DNA of 64,000 bases from Chitinophagales bacterium (GTDB lineage Bacteria > Bacteroidota > Bacteroidia > Chitinophagales > JADIYW01): NCBI GenBank assembly GCA_046329805.1, contig JAXLUA010000003.1, positions 269,559 to 333,558 of the forward strand. The letters run 5' to 3'. The position numbers and the translations under genes are program-made. Of the stretch, positions 49,924-57,519 are shown piece after piece (within the stretch, counting starts at the first letter, position 1; each line of letters opens with the position of its first letter). The notes beneath the pieces are model-generated. The model was not told the DNA's origin, did not search any database, and saw nothing but the letters and a program-made list of their open reading frames with translations.

Positions 49924-50370
49924 ATGGATAAAAAAATAATCAATAAAGATACAGGCGAGCTTTGTTTTGATAATGGTTTTGTTGTTTCTAAGAATACAAC
50001 ATTAGAAGAACTTCTTAGACATTTCGGAAAAGATAAAATTACAAAGTCAGAATACAATCGCAATGTGTACATTCTTCAACAACAAAAGCTGGGGAAGTAT
50101 TACTTAAAATTCTATTTCTACTTTGGCAAACAACACCTAAATAAAATTGAATTTGAAGTAGAAACAAAACCAATAGAACGCATTCCTTGGAGCAGCAACC
50201 GAGATGTGGAAACACGCTGGATTGCCCGACAACTAGACGATAAAAGCAATTTCAAATGGGACATGAATAAGGCAGGAAGGCATTATCATTTGCAGTACGA
50301 TTGGGGTAGTATAGGAGTTTATTACGATTTTAAAAATGGAACGTTCAGTAGTGTTTTAGTATATAAATAG
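49924..50370 (+). CDS. Small cytoplasmic hypothetical protein (148 aa)
   Basis: Open frame with no signal peptide and no motif I recognise. Confidence 0.55.
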   Translation: MDKKIINKDTGELCFDNGFVVSKNTTLEELLRHFGKDKITKSEYNRNVYILQQQKLGKYYLKFYFYFGKQHLNKIEFEVETKPIERIPWSSNRDVETRWIARQLDDKSNFKWDMNKAGRHYHLQYDWGSIGVYYDFKNGTFSSVLVYK

Positions 50371-50517
50371 TTTAAAAAAGAGAGTCTGCTGAATAATTAA
50401 TTAAATGATTATCAACAACATACAACATATAAAATAAAATCAAACATCACAAATCGATAAAATCTCTGTTGCTCTCAATAATAAAATCAAACAACTTTGT
50501 TTTATAAAAATAAAACT

Positions 50518-50895
50518 ATGAAAAACACATTGCCGCTCGCTTTCTTATTGCTTTTTTTCACAGCAAGAGCAGAAGATAACAACACCATCAAAACCAACGC
50601 CACCTGCACCTTAGGTCAGGAAAGAATTATCAAAGAATTGAAAAAATTAGATGGTGTGTTTGATGTAAAAATAGACAATAAAGGAACGATTACTTTAGAT
50701 TACAGTTCAGATGGAACACCTTATAACGAACTTGTCAAAAAAGTAACCGAATGTGGATTTACCGCAAACGGCATTGAACCAAAAAATGGCGATAAAGATT
50801 TATGCAAATCATCATCTAAAAGTGCCGACCGTCATTTCGACCAACGGGAGAAATCCCAACAAGTTAAAAAAGATTCCTCACTACGTTCGGAATGA
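50518..50895 (+). CDS. Secreted HMA-fold-like protein lacking the CxxC metal site. Its C-terminal 25 codons are encoded by a REP element.
   Basis: Signal peptide MKNTLPLAFLLLFFTARA. A ferredoxin-like pattern ATCTLGQERIIKELKKLDGVFDVKID...GTITLDY...LVKKVTECGF has a single Cys where MxCxxC is expected. ATG 50518 is preferred over TTG 50497. A CAACTTTG box sits at 50492-50499. Confidence 0.55.
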   Translation: MKNTLPLAFLLLFFTARAEDNNTIKTNATCTLGQERIIKELKKLDGVFDVKIDNKGTITLDYSSDGTPYNELVKKVTECGFTANGIEPKNGDKDLCKSSSKSADRHFDQREKSQQVKKDSSLRSE

Positions 50896-50896
50896 C
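50829..50896. repeat. REP family A copy 3, overlapping the 3' end of the CDS above
   Basis: ccgtcatttcgaccaacgggagaaatcccaacaagttaaaaaagattcctcactacgttcggaatgac. Confidence 0.8.
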
Positions 50897-50980
50897 AACA
50901 GCGAAGTAATCTTGAGATTGTTTGCTTCTCGCTCAATAACGGCAAGAAAAATAAATTATTAACTACAAAAAAATTAAATC

Positions 50981-52096
50981 ATGAACAAAATTATTTTATT
51001 AATTACAATGGCACTCTTATTAGCAGTTGCTTGTAATAAAGAAGACAAGAAAGTAAATCCGACTCCCGGCGTAGCCCAATTTTCTTCTGGTGGCGGACAT
51101 ACTATGCTGCTAAAAACAGACGGTACGCTATATGGCACTGGGTGGAACGATCGTGGTTTTCTGGGAATAGGTAGTGCTACCAATCCTAATAAGTGGGTAA
51201 AAGTTTTAGATGGTGTAAAATCTGTTACCGCAGGTTACCAAGAAACGTTTATCATTAAAAATGATAATACCGTTTGGGCAACAGGACGTAATTTGTCCGG
51301 TAATTTGGGCGATGGCACTAAAGATATGAGAACTTCTTTTGTAAAGGTTGCGGATAACGGCAAAGCCGTTTTTGCATGTCGTTACAACACTTTTATTCTT
51401 AAAAATGATAATTCACTTTGGGCAACAGGCAAAAATGAAGATGGAATGTTAGGCATTGGTGCAACACCTGCCGAAACAAGCACTTTTGTAAAAGTAACGG
51501 ACAATGTAAAATCTGTAGCCGTGGGAACTTGGCATACACTTATTTTGAAAACAAATGGTACTGTATGGGCTGTTGGGTTTAATAATGGTGGACGATTAGG
51601 CGATGGCACTTATGTAACTAAAACAGAATTAGTAAAAGTTGCTGATAATATAACAGCAGTTGCGGCAGGATATAGTTATAGTCTGTTACTTAAAAACGAT
51701 AAAACAGTTTGGGCTTGCGGGTGGAACGATGTAGGGCAATTCGGCATTACCACCTCAGACCTTGGGGTACCAACATTTATCAAAGTAGCAGAAAATGTTA
51801 ACTATATTGCAGCAGGCGTACATAGTGAATACAGTGTTATCATAAAAACAGACAATACACTCTGGGTTACGGGGTCGAACGGTTACGGACAATTAGCCAC
51901 AGGAAATACTAATACTCTACTTACTTGGGTAAAAGCAGCAGACAATGTAAAAGCAATGAGTGCCGGTACAGCACATCTTACTATCCAAAAAACAGACGGC
52001 ACACTATGGGCAGCCGGTGCAAATGATGCTTCTCAGTTAGGCACAGATGAAGCTACTGCCCCAAAAACCTCTTTTGTAAAAGTCGTTATTCCTTAA
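50981..52096 (+). CDS. RCC1-repeat (7-blade beta-propeller) lipoprotein
   Basis: Lipobox LLAVAC followed by NKEDKK. Seven repeats of the type AGxxHTLxLKTDGTLWAxGxNxxGQLGxG. Confidence 0.85.
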   Translation: MNKIILLITMALLLAVACNKEDKKVNPTPGVAQFSSGGGHTMLLKTDGTLYGTGWNDRGFLGIGSATNPNKWVKVLDGVKSVTAGYQETFIIKNDNTVWATGRNLSGNLGDGTKDMRTSFVKVADNGKAVFACRYNTFILKNDNSLWATGKNEDGMLGIGATPAETSTFVKVTDNVKSVAVGTWHTLILKTNGTVWAVGFNNGGRLGDGTYVTKTELVKVADNITAVAAGYSYSLLLKNDKTVWACGWNDVGQFGITTSDLGVPTFIKVAENVNYIAAGVHSEYSVIIKTDNTLWVTGSNGYGQLATGNTNTLLTWVKAADNVKAMSAGTAHLTIQKTDGTLWAAGANDASQLGTDEATAPKTSFVKVVIP

Positions 52097-52157
52097 TTAT
52101 TCATCCTGAAATATAAAACAGAGAAAATAAATTAATGCACAAAAAAAATCACAGAAA

Positions 52158-52763
52158 ATGAAAGCAAAACTTCACAAACTCAAAAAATTACTTTCTAATT
52201 TATTGAGTAAAAAAACAATCATTATTTTTTACATAACAAGTTTTCTTTTCTTGTCGTGCAATAATAGCAAAAGTAAAAGCACTACGGTAGAAGATGTTAT
52301 TCAGAAAGCCAAAGAAACAACGGCAGTCGTAGCCAAAGAAGGACGTGGGAATATTAGTTTGCAATGCAGTGGAAAAACTTACGAAATCAACGGCGTATGT
52401 GGTGCATTAACCAGTATGGGCAGTGTTTCCATTGTCGTTAAAGACGATAGCACCAAGCTAAAAGTATTTACTATTGATTTCTCAACCGACCAGTTGCCAA
52501 CCTCTTCCTCTTCTTACAAAATTATAAAAAATGCTGACGATAAAGATGCCCATTACGTATCCATAGGCTACAACGACATGCGACAACCACAAATGATTTG
52601 GGAATCGGACAATGCCACCGGAAAATTAGATTTTACAGTAAATGGCGATGAAATAAAATGCTCGTTTTCCAACTTGAAATTACAAGCAAACGAATTTTTC
52701 AATAAAGGTGAACTAAATAATCCGGCTATAGTTTCCGGCGAACTAACATTGTATAAAAATTAA
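52158..52763 (+). CDS. Hypothetical lipoprotein (201 aa)
   Basis: Lipobox FLFLSC followed by NNSKSK. Confidence 0.6.
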   Translation: MKAKLHKLKKLLSNLLSKKTIIIFYITSFLFLSCNNSKSKSTTVEDVIQKAKETTAVVAKEGRGNISLQCSGKTYEINGVCGALTSMGSVSIVVKDDSTKLKVFTIDFSTDQLPTSSSSYKIIKNADDKDAHYVSIGYNDMRQPQMIWESDNATGKLDFTVNGDEIKCSFSNLKLQANEFFNKGELNNPAIVSGELTLYKN

Positions 52764-52860
52764 AAAAGAGAATCTAAAATGCGAGCCGTCTTTTCGAGCG
52801 AGGTACGAGTGAGTTTCGAACGTTCGGAATGACGGTTCTCATTAAAGTGTGAGATTCAAT
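52762..52860. repeat. REP family A copy 4
   Basis: aaaaagagaatct...gccgtcttttcgagcgaggtacgagtgagtttcgaacgttcggaatgacggttctcattaaagtgtgagattc. The flanks match copy 1. Confidence 0.8.
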
Positions 52861-52900
52861 AACGACAAAAAAATTAATAACTTGCTAAAAAACAAAAAGA

Positions 52901-53311
52901 ATGAACAGAATTATTTTATTATTTGCAATGACAATCTTGTTAGCGATTGGCTGCAAAAAAGACAAAGTACAAACAGAGTTACCTGCCAACTACACTAATC
53001 AAGGTACTATCACAGTTGCCAAGAAAAACATTTCTATCTGCATTTATGATAACAGCGTAGAAGATGGCGATATTGTTGATTTAATATTTAACGGGAAAGC
53101 ATTGGTAACAAATTATGAATTGAAAAACGCAGAAAAATGCTTCAATGTTACTTTAGAAAACGGCAATAATTGGATTGGCATTATTGCTAAAAATGAAGGC
53201 ACAAATCCTCCGGCATCTGTTACCGTCAAAATAAATGATGGTGTAAGTGAACAGTCATTCGACATTGATGGAGAAATAGACCATCCGGGTGGTTACATCA
53301 TTAAACTATAA
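52901..53311 (+). CDS. Hypothetical small lipoprotein (136 aa)
   Basis: Lipobox LLAIGC followed by KKDK. The signal peptide closely resembles that of the RCC1 lipoprotein. Confidence 0.6.
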   Translation: MNRIILLFAMTILLAIGCKKDKVQTELPANYTNQGTITVAKKNISICIYDNSVEDGDIVDLIFNGKALVTNYELKNAEKCFNVTLENGNNWIGIIAKNEGTNPPASVTVKINDGVSEQSFDIDGEIDHPGGYIIKL

Positions 53312-53412
53312 GAAGAATTTTTATTCAATAATATCTGTCTTTGGTAGAATGTAAAATAGATTGATAGCTGATATTGAGTATTGCCTGTTTTTACTCATTT
53401 TTCATTTTTTGT

Positions 53413-53440
53413 AAGCGAAGCCTTGCGGCTTCGCTTTTTT
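53413..53440 (+). terminator. Rho-independent terminator
   Basis: aagcgaagcc ttgc ggcttcgctt followed by tttt. Confidence 0.8.
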
Positions 53441-53442
53441 AT

Positions 53443-53472
53443 AAAAAAAATCCGAAACAGTTTGTTTCGGAT
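53443..53472 (-). terminator. Rho-independent terminator for the convergent gene 53488-54981
   Basis: Minus strand: atccgaaaca aac tgtttcggat followed by a T8 run. Confidence 0.75.
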
Positions 53473-53487
53473 TCTATTCTATCATTC

Positions 53488-54981
53488 TCAGTGCTGTGGT
53501 AGGAGTTTTTGTTCTAACCAAAGAAACGGGGAATAATGTCTTAAATATGGAAATTGTTGGATATTGAGTGCTGCTTTCACTTTTTCATATCGTTGTACTT
53601 GCGCCGGCGTTAGCTTTATTTTTCCATTTTTAAAAACCGCAGCTATCATAAAGTTCATCAATTCTGTTGCCGGAATAAAATTGACATCTATTTCCTGCAT
53701 CAACTTGGAACGCAACAGATTGGTTATTTCGGAATGGGCAAACTCAAATTCATTTTCCATCAAAAAAGCGTTGCATTGACACAGTCGGAAATAAATTTTT
53801 TCGTGCGGTTGTATTAAATTATAATCTTGGCTATTCACTAAGGCATGAATGGCTGGCGCATTTTCCATAAAAAGATAACAACTCAAACTGCGTATGGCGC
53901 ATTCTGTTTTTAATTTTGAATCTCTTGCGGCTTCTTCTTCCAATAAATGTATTAACTCAATCGCTTTAGCAAATTGTTTTTGCTTGCTGCAATTCGTTGC
54001 ATAATTAAGGAAGATAGTTTTATAATTCAGATACTGTTCTTTGGGGATTATTATTATGGCTTGTTCAAAATATTTATTTCCATTTTTAAAATCTCCGAGT
54101 ATAGAATAGCGCGTGCCGATAAGATGAAGTGCCTTTGCTTTATAATGCAAGAAGCGCGGATGATAATTAACCAAAATGGTTGCCAGCCGGACGGTTTCTT
54201 CGTAAATGTGCAATGAAATATCCGTTGCCGGGCTGTCGATTTTCAGGTAGGCAATGCCGTTAAGTATAATCAATTTAGCTTCTTCATTTACAAATTCATC
54301 TGCAATTTTCAATACTTCTTCTACAACAATTTCTTCGAAAAAAGTATTTGTAAGTTGCTTGTGATAATAATTATGCATGCACTTTAAATACCACGATTTT
54401 GCCTGCCGTATTTCTGCTTCTTGCTGAGAATTTTGCAAATAATTTTTTGTAATCACTCCCATTAGCCGCTCTTTTTCTTTGAGTGGCAAATGGCTTTTCA
54501 TCAAATAGTCTGCATATTTATCGTTTATCCTATTTTTGCCGGAAAATGAATATGAAACAGCAGTCGAAATTTCGTTGTACACGTACTCGGCTTCTTTAAA
54601 TAATTTTAAATCGAGGTACAAATTTATTCTTTCTTCTTGCTGCCATTCTTCATCATTTTTTATTTGCGCTTTCCAACGTTTTTGTATCAGTATGTCTTCA
54701 ATAAAATCTGCTAAGCGACTTTGATCTGTGCGAAAAATGGCATCGCCTTTGGGTGTCCATTTTTTTTTATACACTCTTAAATATATTTCTTCACGGTTAA
54801 ATGGTGTTTGTATTAGCAGATGGATTGCGGTAAATAATGGCAGATACATTTTATTTTGCTGCGCCTTTATTTGGGTTTTAACAAAATCAATATCTGAGCT
54901 TGACAATGCGTGAATAAGTTGAACAAGACGTATTTCTTTCATACCATTTGGAAAAATACAATTTAATAGTAAATATTCCAA
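53488..54981 (-). CDS. 497-aa all-helical (TPR-like) cytoplasmic protein, paralogue of 44996-46471
   Basis: See 44996-46471. Transcribed divergently from the GH5 cassette. Confidence 0.7.
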   Translation of the reverse strand: MEYLLLNCIFPNGMKEIRLVQLIHALSSSDIDFVKTQIKAQQNKMYLPLFTAIHLLIQTPFNREEIYLRVYKKKWTPKGDAIFRTDQSRLADFIEDILIQKRWKAQIKNDEEWQQEERINLYLDLKLFKEAEYVYNEISTAVSYSFSGKNRINDKYADYLMKSHLPLKEKERLMGVITKNYLQNSQQEAEIRQAKSWYLKCMHNYYHKQLTNTFFEEIVVEEVLKIADEFVNEEAKLIILNGIAYLKIDSPATDISLHIYEETVRLATILVNYHPRFLHYKAKALHLIGTRYSILGDFKNGNKYFEQAIIIIPKEQYLNYKTIFLNYATNCSKQKQFAKAIELIHLLEEEAARDSKLKTECAIRSLSCYLFMENAPAIHALVNSQDYNLIQPHEKIYFRLCQCNAFLMENEFEFAHSEITNLLRSKLMQEIDVNFIPATELMNFMIAAVFKNGKIKLTPAQVQRYEKVKAALNIQQFPYLRHYSPFLWLEQKLLPQH

Positions 54982-55049
54982 AGTCCGTTTTGGTGTTATT
55001 CACCAAAACATAAACTAAAGATTGTTGGAAAAGAATTCCAACAATGACG
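54981..55049 (+). repeat. Double-hairpin repeat family B, copy 1
   Basis: aagtccgttttggtgttattcaccaaaacataaactaaagattgttggaaaagaattccaacaatgacg, with two internal hairpins: gttttggtg/caccaaaac and attgttggaa/ttccaacaat. Confidence 0.85.
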
Positions 55050-55295
55050 AAGTATTTAATATCTTATCGGTAGAAAATAATTCCCGAATACTCAGTCAAA
55101 GTGTCCGTTTGCTCAATAGCCGCACTTGCTCCATCAAAAAACAATACAACTCTAATTAATTAACTATCAAGTAATTACAGTTAATTTCAACATACTGCTT
55201 GCTGCAAAAACACAATTCTTGTATTGATAGATTTTTGTCCGCAGACTACTTTTACAATAGAGAAAACGTAATTTATTCACACTAAAACAACCTCT

Positions 55296-56369
55296 ATGAA
55301 ACGTATTCAATCATTAATTTCTATTGCGGTATTGTTGTTATTCACCGCATGCACGCCTACTAATATTGCTCCTACAGGGGGCGGTACAAATAACACAACA
55401 TCGGGGACAACACCTACAAGAACAACCACAGCCACAATTACCGTAAAAGGAAGCCACATCATAACTTCTTGCGGGGATACCATTGTACTAAAGGGCGTAA
55501 ACTATGCGGCGTATAGTTGGGGCTGGAACAATAACGAAAATCTATTCCCGGAGATTGCAAAAAGTGGTGCCAATGCCGTGCGCATCGTTTGGTATAAAAC
55601 CAATTCCGGACCGGCATATAGCAATATGGCTTTATTGGATTCTGCTCTTGCTCGTTGTATTAAAAACAAGATGATTCCGATACTTGAACTGCACGACGAA
55701 ACGTGCAATAATAATAGTACTTCGATGATAGCAACGGCGAATTGGTACACACAAACAGCCGTAAAAAATATCCTGATAAAATATCAAAAATGGATAATCA
55801 TCAATCCGTTAAATGAAGCAGGGTATGTACTCTGGAATGGCAACAATGCAACGGCATTAAACACTTTTAAAACTACCTATAAAACCATTATTACCAACTT
55901 GCGAAATGCAGGGTTAAACATGCCATTACTATTAGATGCTAGTGATTGTGGGCAACACTTAAATGTATGGAAAACCATAAGCACGGAAATGCAAACATAC
56001 GATCCAAAGCACAATTTAATTTTCAGTGCCCATGCTTATTGGAGTTCGTATGCAGGTACAGCAGCAGCAATTACTACGCTGTTGCAAGATGCATCCACTT
56101 GGAACGTACCAATAGTGTTGGGTGAAGTAGCCAACAAACAAGATGACAATAATGGAAATTGTACGCTACCATTAGACCTATCTACTACATTACAAAAATG
56201 CGAACAATACAAAATTGGTTGGTTAGCCTGGGTATGGACGGCGGATAACTGCGGTAGCAGACAAATGACAACAAACGGCAATTTTAACGCTCTTACATCT
56301 TATGGAAATCAATTGATAAATACTTCGCCTTATGGGTTAAAATTTGCCAAACGGCCCGACTGTTTCTAA
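55296..56369 (+). CDS. GH5-family glycoside hydrolase lipoprotein (beta-mannanase-like)
   Basis: Lipobox LLFTAC plus a Thr-rich linker. GH5 signature order: LKGVNY, ILELHDETC, INPLNEAG (acid/base Glu), FSAHAYW, VLGEVAN (nucleophile Glu), GWLAWVW. Confidence 0.8.
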   Translation: MKRIQSLISIAVLLLFTACTPTNIAPTGGGTNNTTSGTTPTRTTTATITVKGSHIITSCGDTIVLKGVNYAAYSWGWNNNENLFPEIAKSGANAVRIVWYKTNSGPAYSNMALLDSALARCIKNKMIPILELHDETCNNNSTSMIATANWYTQTAVKNILIKYQKWIIINPLNEAGYVLWNGNNATALNTFKTTYKTIITNLRNAGLNMPLLLDASDCGQHLNVWKTISTEMQTYDPKHNLIFSAHAYWSSYAGTAAAITTLLQDASTWNVPIVLGEVANKQDDNNGNCTLPLDLSTTLQKCEQYKIGWLAWVWTADNCGSRQMTTNGNFNALTSYGNQLINTSPYGLKFAKRPDCF

Positions 56370-56399
56370 CCGCATTTTATAAATAACAAAACTAATTTC

Positions 56400-56861
56400 A
56401 TGAAAACAAACAAAATCAACAAAACAATTAGCATTATCCTTGCTGCATTTCTTTTTATTTCGTTTTCGGCTTGTAAAAAAGACAACTTAGCCACTGGTGG
56501 CGGGTATATCGAATACACCGTTGATGGGAAAACTTACCAACAAACCGATGCTGTAAGTGCCGTATTTATTGGCGGGAAATTTCAGGGATTATCCGATGGA
56601 AATTTAGATGCAAAAATTGGGGATAGCCAAGATATTAGCATTATCATCGGCACTGCGTACAGCCCTATGAAATTAATTTTTAGAATTGATGGGGTTTCCT
56701 ATGGTAATCTTGGGAACACGTCGAAAGCAAAAGTAACCTTTACCAAGAACGAAACTAATTTATTAGAAGGTACATTTGAAGGAATTATTAAAGAAGATAT
56801 AGGAAAACCGGCAAAAACGATAAGCGGGAAATTTAGCATAAAATCAATTACAAGAATCTAA
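56400..56861 (+). CDS. Small lipoprotein (153 aa), paralogue of 56875-57354
   Basis: Lipobox ISFSAC followed by KKDN. Shares YIEYTVDGKTY and VTFTK...LEGTFEG...ISGKF with its neighbour. Confidence 0.65.
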   Translation: MKTNKINKTISIILAAFLFISFSACKKDNLATGGGYIEYTVDGKTYQQTDAVSAVFIGGKFQGLSDGNLDAKIGDSQDISIIIGTAYSPMKLIFRIDGVSYGNLGNTSKAKVTFTKNETNLLEGTFEGIIKEDIGKPAKTISGKFSIKSITRI

Positions 56862-56874
56862 AAAAATATCAATT

Positions 56875-57354
56875 ATGAAAAAGATAGTATATAGCACATT
56901 ACTTTTGTTATTTAGTATAGCAATTAGTGCCTGCAAAAAAGAGTGTAAAGTATGCCCAACTTGTAGTAATTACGAATACATTGAATACACTATGGATGGA
57001 AAAACGTATAAGATAGATACAGGAGTTACTGCTTTATTTAATTCCGCCAATTTTGTAAAACTAAGCGCAAATAATGGTACTGCGACAATGGCACCTCATC
57101 TATTAGGTTATACTGGAATACCTATTAATGAAGGAGATAGTAATGGAAACTTTGACTTTAGATTTAAGACAGCTGATGGCTATTACATTTCAATCTTAGC
57201 ACAAAATACTTCTGTTACATTTACAAAAATAGGAGATACTATGCTGGAAGGAACTTTTGAAGGAAAGGTGAAATCGGAAAATGGCGGAGAAAGTCCATTC
57301 AAAACAATTACCGGGAAATTTTATACTACCCACATTATAAATCTTGGTGGGTAA
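56875..57354 (+). CDS. Small lipoprotein (159 aa), paralogue of 56400-56861
   Basis: Lipobox IAISAC followed by KKEC; YIEYTMDGKTY, VTFTK...LEGTFEG...ITGKF. Confidence 0.65.
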   Translation: MKKIVYSTLLLLFSIAISACKKECKVCPTCSNYEYIEYTMDGKTYKIDTGVTALFNSANFVKLSANNGTATMAPHLLGYTGIPINEGDSNGNFDFRFKTADGYYISILAQNTSVTFTKIGDTMLEGTFEGKVKSENGGESPFKTITGKFYTTHIINLGG

Positions 57355-57364
57355 CTACTTTCCG

Positions 57365-57456
57365 AAGTCCGTTTTGGTGTTCTTCACCAAAACATAAACT
57401 AAAGATTGTTGGAAAAGAATTCCAACAATGGCGGTAGAAAGGAATTCCAACAATGG
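57365..57456 (+). repeat. Double-hairpin repeat family B, copy 2, plus an extra partial unit
   Basis: 57365-57433 matches 54981-55049 with 2 mismatches. It is followed by gtagaaaggaattccaacaatggcg. A further ttccaacaat fragment is at 59259-59268. Confidence 0.85.
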
Positions 57457-57461
57457 CGAGC

Positions 57462-57499
57462 AAAAATAAAAAAGCCCGAAGAAATACTTCGAGCTTTTT
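57462..57499. terminator. Bidirectional terminator hairpin between the lipoprotein cassette and the helicase gene
   Basis: A-run, then gcccgaag aaata cttcgagc (1 mismatch), then T5. Confidence 0.6.
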
Positions 57500-57519
57500 A
57501 TATTTTACAAACAGAATAA

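Noticed and set aside
49758-50072. 104-aa minus-strand ORF. Also 50753-50962 (+) and 50974-51183 (-).
   Set aside because: These read through REP elements or overlap better-supported plus-strand genes (49924-50370 and the RCC1 gene).
44669-57519. Prophage, ICE or transposon explanation for the island
   Set aside because: I saw no integrase, transposase, relaxase, phage structural gene or tRNA attachment site. Only short non-autonomous repeats are present.
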